Assembly (NCBI GenBank): GCA_047285535.1
Contig: JBJBDC010000001.1
Coordinates: 1,504,136 to 1,568,135 of the forward strand
Direction of reading: 5' to 3'
Source of the DNA: Synechococcus sp.
Lineage (GTDB): Bacteria > Cyanobacteriota > Cyanobacteriia > PCC-6307 > Cyanobiaceae
DNA length: 64,000 bases
The notes under the pieces were generated by a model. That model saw only the letters and a list, made by a program, of their open reading frames with translations. It was not told where the DNA came from and made no database searches. Shown here in pieces: positions 60,166 through 64,000 of this stretch. The translations under genes were made by a program, and so were the position numbers. Positions within the stretch are counted from its first letter, which is position 1. Each line of letters starts with the position of its first letter.

Positions 60166-63100
60166 TCAGTCCTCGTCGTAATCCGCGACGCCTAAGGATT
60201 CATACGTGGGTCTACTTGGCGTGCTTCTTCGAGGATTCACGTCTTGCATCAAATCAACTTCCTTGCCCTCATCGGTGAAAACAGCGATATCCAGACCAAG
60301 AGATTGAAGTTCACGCATGAGCACCTTGAACGACTCTGGCGTTCCTGGACGGGGGATCGGCTTGCCTTTGACGATGGCATTGAGAGCTTCATTACGACCC
60401 TGCATATCGTCCGACTTGACCGTGAGCAATTCCTGCAATGTATAAGCGGCGCCATAAGCCTCGAGAGCCCACACCTCCATTTCACCCAATCGCTGCCCGC
60501 CTTGCTGAGCCTTACCTCCAAGAGGCTGTTGCGTGACCAACGAGTAAGGGCCGGTGGAACGTGCATGAATCTTGTCATCGACAAGGTGCACCAGCTTCAA
60601 GAAGTGGGAATAACCCACGGCCACAGGTTGGTCGAAGGGTTCGCCCGTCCGTCCATCACGCAGCAAAAGCTTGCCAGGATCATCAGGGTTGTAGATCCAA
60701 TCCTTACCGGGCTGACTCGCTGCTTCTTGAAGATAAGCCTGAACTGTCTGTTGAGACTTTTCAGGGCCGTACATTTCGTCGAAAGGCACAATTTTGACTC
60801 GGCAATCAAGATTGGCGGCCGCCCATCCCATTAACAACTCAAAGACCTGACCTACATTCATACGGCTCGGCACTCCGAGGGGATTCAGCACGATGTCTAC
60901 AGGCGTGCCATCAGGGAGGTAGGGCATATCTTCGCGGGGAAGAATGCGACTGATAATGCCTTTATTGCCATGGCGGCCAGCCATCTTGTCACCCACTTGA
61001 ATTTTGCGGCGCTGTGCCACATAGACCCTTACAACCATGTTGGCGCCAGGTGGAAGTTCATCTCCCTGTTCCCGGGTATAGATCCTCACATCCACAACCC
61101 GGCCACGCTCGGTACTTGGAACCCTGAGGGAGTTATCGCGGACGTCGCGGGCTTTTTCTCCGAAAATGGCACGCAATAGCTTTTCTTCCGGTGGCTGGTC
61201 AGATTCACCCTTAGGGGTAACCTTGCCGACAAGAATGTCTCCACTCTCTACGAAAGCGCCGATACGAATAATCCCCATTTCATCGAGGTTCCCAAGACTT
61301 TCCTCGGCAACATTAGGGATCTCACGAGTTATTTCTTCAGGCCCTAACTTAGTCTGACGAGCTTCGATCTCATACTTCTCAATATGTACAGAAGTATAAA
61401 GATCATCATTAACTAGGCGCTCACTAACAAGAATTGCGTCTTCATAGTTATATCCCTCCCAGGGCATATAAGCGATCAAAACATTCTGACCAAGAGCAAT
61501 CTCACCGCCTTCACACGCTGAACCATCAGCCAAAACTTGCCCAATAATGACCTGATCGCCCTGTCGGACGATTGGACGCTGATTCAGACAAGTGTCCTGA
61601 TTGGATCGCTGGTATTTCTGAAGAAAATGAGTGTGATCAAATCCTTCTTCATCACGCACCACAATGGCAGTTGCATCAACAAAGGTGACTGTGCCATTCA
61701 CTCTAGAAATGGGGACCATGCCTGAATCACGGGCCACCTGCGTTTCAAGACCAGTCCCTACCAGAGGTCTTTCAGGACGAAGCAAAGGCACCGCCTGACG
61801 CTGCATGTTGGACCCCATCAAGGCACGGTTGGCATCGTCATGCTCCAGGAATGGAATCAGCGAGGTAGCAACAGAAATGACCTGAACCGGGGACAACTGC
61901 ACATAGTCGACCTGTTCAGGCGGAACTTTCTCAAAATCCTGCCGGTAGCGAACTGGAATGAGCTCGGCCAAGATTTTGCCATCAGAATCGGTAGCGACGT
62001 CACCAGGCGCGACGCGGCATTCATCTTCCAGATCAGCAGAGAGGTAGATCGGGTCTCCGCTTTTTTGGACTATTCCATTCTCGACTCTCCAGAACGGAGT
62101 CTCAATAAAGCCGTATTCATTCACTCGCGCATGGGTCGCCAGTGAATTGATCAGACCAGCGTTTGGACCTTCTGGAGTCTCAATCGGACAAAGACGACCA
62201 TAATGAGATGGATGAATATCTCGGACAGCAAAGCCTGCGCGTTCACGGGTGAGACCACCTGGACCTAAAGCAGAGATTCGGCGTTTATGGGTGAGCTCAG
62301 CCAAAGGATTCGTTTGATCCATGAACTGACTCAGTTGGCTGGAGCCAAAAAACTCTTTGATAGCTGCAACAAGTGGCTTGGGATTCACTAATTGAGCAGG
62401 AGTGAGCGAATCGGTTTCACCAACAGTCATCCGCTCTTTGATAATTCGCTCAAGGCGATTCAATCCAACGCGAACTTGATTCTGAAGAAGTTCACCAACA
62501 GAGCGAACACGACGATTGCCCAGGTGGTCAATATCATCAAGGCTTGCGCCGCCTACATCAAGCTCGAGATTAATTAAGTAGTCAAGCGTCGACAGAACAT
62601 CTTCATGCGTGAGTGTACGAACCGAATCTGGAATCGTGAGACGCAGCTTTTTATTGATTTTGTAACGACCAACCCGTCCGAGGTCATAACGCTTGGGATC
62701 GAAGAAGCGAGTCTGAAGCAATTGCTGGCCACCACTCACGGAAGGAGGTTCACCTGGACGCAGCTTTTTGTAGAGCTCAAGCAGGGCTTGATCTTCGGAA
62801 CTAATCCCCTCATCGTTAGCGGCTTCTATCGATTTTTTGTAGTACTCAGGGTGCCTGAGTTTATCGACAACATCGTTGTCTGATAAACCCATCGCGCGCA
62901 TTAAAACGTGGGCGTTAATTTTTCGAGTTTTATCAACTCGAACATGTAAAAGATCATTTTTATCAGTTTCGAACTTTAGCCAAGCACCTCGATTAGGGAT
63001 CACGCTTGCATTGTAAGTACGACGACCATTTTTATCTTGCTCGTCTTTGAAATAAACGCCAGGACTACGAACAATCTGATTCACGATCACCCGCTCAGCA

Positions 63101-63459
63101 CCATTGATGATGAACGTGCCACGTTCCGTCATAAGGGGGAGTTCCCCAATGAAAACTTCCTGCTCCTTAATCTCCCCGGTCTCTTTATTCACCAACCGAC
63201 AAGTCACGTACATTTGCGAAGCAAAAGTTGCATCTCTTCGCTTCGCCTCCTCCACATCGTGCCGAGGACGTTTTAAACGGTACTCGCTTCCAACGAAATG
63301 GAGCTCTAGCTTGCCGGTGTAATCCGTAATTGGAGAAAAACTCTCGAGCTCCTCAATCAGGCCTTTATCAAGAAACCATTTAAAACTTGCCCGCTGCACC
63401 TCCACCAAGTCGGGCAGATAAGTGACGGTCTTGGCGACTTGAATCGCGCTGCTGCTCAT
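60166..63459 (-). CDS. rpoB: RNA polymerase beta subunit
   Basis: [25 protein letters not shown] and GGQRLGEME. Confidence 0.99.
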   Translation of the reverse strand: MSSSAIQVAKTVTYLPDLVEVQRASFKWFLDKGLIEELESFSPITDYTGKLELHFVGSEYRLKRPRHDVEEAKRRDATFASQMYVTCRLVNKETGEIKEQEVFIGELPLMTERGTFIINGAERVIVNQIVRSPGVYFKDEQDKNGRRTYNASVIPNRGAWLKFETDKNDLLHVRVDKTRKINAHVLMRAMGLSDNDVVDKLRHPEYYKKSIEAANDEGISSEDQALLELYKKLRPGEPPSVSGGQQLLQTRFFDPKRYDLGRVGRYKINKKLRLTIPDSVRTLTHEDVLSTLDYLINLELDVGGASLDDIDHLGNRRVRSVGELLQNQVRVGLNRLERIIKERMTVGETDSLTPAQLVNPKPLVAAIKEFFGSSQLSQFMDQTNPLAELTHKRRISALGPGGLTRERAGFAVRDIHPSHYGRLCPIETPEGPNAGLINSLATHARVNEYGFIETPFWRVENGIVQKSGDPIYLSADLEDECRVAPGDVATDSDGKILAELIPVRYRQDFEKVPPEQVDYVQLSPVQVISVATSLIPFLEHDDANRALMGSNMQRQAVPLLRPERPLVGTGLETQVARDSGMVPISRVNGTVTFVDATAIVVRDEEGFDHTHFLQKYQRSNQDTCLNQRPIVRQGDQVIIGQVLADGSACEGGEIALGQNVLIAYMPWEGYNYEDAILVSERLVNDDLYTSVHIEKYEIEARQTKLGPEEITREIPNVAEESLGNLDEMGIIRIGAFVESGDILVGKVTPKGESDQPPEEKLLRAIFGEKARDVRDNSLRVPSTERGRVVDVRIYTREQGDELPPGANMVVRVYVAQRRKIQVGDKMAGRHGNKGIISRILPREDMPYLPDGTPVDIVLNPLGVPSRMNVGQVFELLMGWAAANLDCRVKIVPFDEMYGPEKSQQTVQAYLQEAASQPGKDWIYNPDDPGKLLLRDGRTGEPFDQPVAVGYSHFLKLVHLVDDKIHARSTGPYSLVTQQPLGGKAQQGGQRLGEMEVWALEAYGAAYTLQELLTVKSDDMQGRNEALNAIVKGKPIPRPGTPESFKVLMRELQSLGLDIAVFTDEGKEVDLMQDVNPRRSTPSRPTYESLGVADYDED

Positions 63460-63547
63460 GCGGAGACCTGCAGTTGAAAAGTAGGAACAAAGGCCTGAAC
63501 GATCGTTAGATATTCATGAATCAAAAAGTCTCTTGAACATCAGAACA

Positions 63548-63577
63548 GGCAGCCAACCCCATAAAGGATTGACTGCC
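63548..63577 (-). promoter_or_regulatory. 13-bp hairpin in the rpoB upstream leader
   Basis: GGCAGUCAAUCCU-UUAU-GGGGUUGGCUGCC, with three G-U pairs that form only on the minus strand. Confidence 0.55.
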
Positions 63578-63734
63578 GTACTCCATGGCTCTAGAGGTTT
63601 TTGGGCTGAACAGCTGACGTCGTCAATGCACCGGAAGGAAATGGACGCTTCTGGGGGCGAAAGTACAGGAACTGCACAATGGCCAGGCCAATGAACTATC
63701 TTACACTTTCACCCACTTCGAATAAGGACGTTCG

Positions 63735-64000
63735 TCAGGGAAGCGCAAATAAGTTTCTGGCATTCGCTGTGCTGGCATTCGCCACATCGATCACGGTCTG
63801 GCCTCTCAGCTCGGCCACACGCTCAGCCACTGAAGCAACAAAGGCAGGCTCATTTCTCTTACCGCGTCGGGGAACGGGTGCGAGAAATGGGCAATCGGTT
63901 TCAACAAGAAATCGGTCTTGCGGAACCTCTTGGGCACAGATGTGCGTATCGACTGCTTTTGGGAAGGTAACGGTTCCACTGAAACTGATATGGAAACCCA
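63735..64000 (-). CDS. tatD: TatD family hydrolase (partial, C-terminus)
   Basis: Manual translation ...ISFSGTVTF...[24 protein letters not shown]...NARNLFALP*. Confidence 0.93.
   Translation of the reverse strand, partial: GFHISFSGTVTFPKAVDTHICAQEVPQDRFLVETDCPFLAPVPRRGKRNEPAFVASVAERVAELRGQTVIDVANASTANARNLFALP

Overview
This is a gene-dense chromosomal window from a marine picocyanobacterium. Gene order and protein sequences point to marine Synechococcus; this is inferred from the apcE-apcABC phycobilisome core genes, the split rpoB-rpoC1-rpoC2 and the ATPC RNA motif. Most of it is conserved core genome: ycf65, pepP, nadD-nadE, ald, the atp1-atpBEF'FHAG operon, apcE/apcABC, ftsW-ccdA-ccsB, queF, glnB, tlyA, purB-fumC, a Ski2/HelY helicase, bioF-bioK/H-bioC-bioD-bioA, rsmG, the DUF2997-ycf35-ferredoxin operon, an SSS symporter, rlmN, an hli gene, rpoC2-rpoC1-rpoB and tatD. 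One visibly AT-richer accessory block (about 10.23-14.53 kb) lies between ald and ychJ. It carries an orphan SagB/ThcOx-type azoline oxidase lacking the catalytic Lys-Tyr motif, two paralogous tiny membrane proteins, and an isiA/pcb antenna gene divergently paired with a small single-helix protein whose first 31 residues align with PsaM. Other notable points are a four-REP ApcE with a duplicated third REP, a small 'transaldolase' with FSA-type catalytic residues, an NtcA box upstream of an ORF-glnB pair, several sub-60-aa ORFs missing from the ORF track, and structured RNA leaders. I saw no tRNA, rRNA, CRISPR array, integrase or transposase. All homology calls are from motif recognition and recalled sequences, not from database searches.
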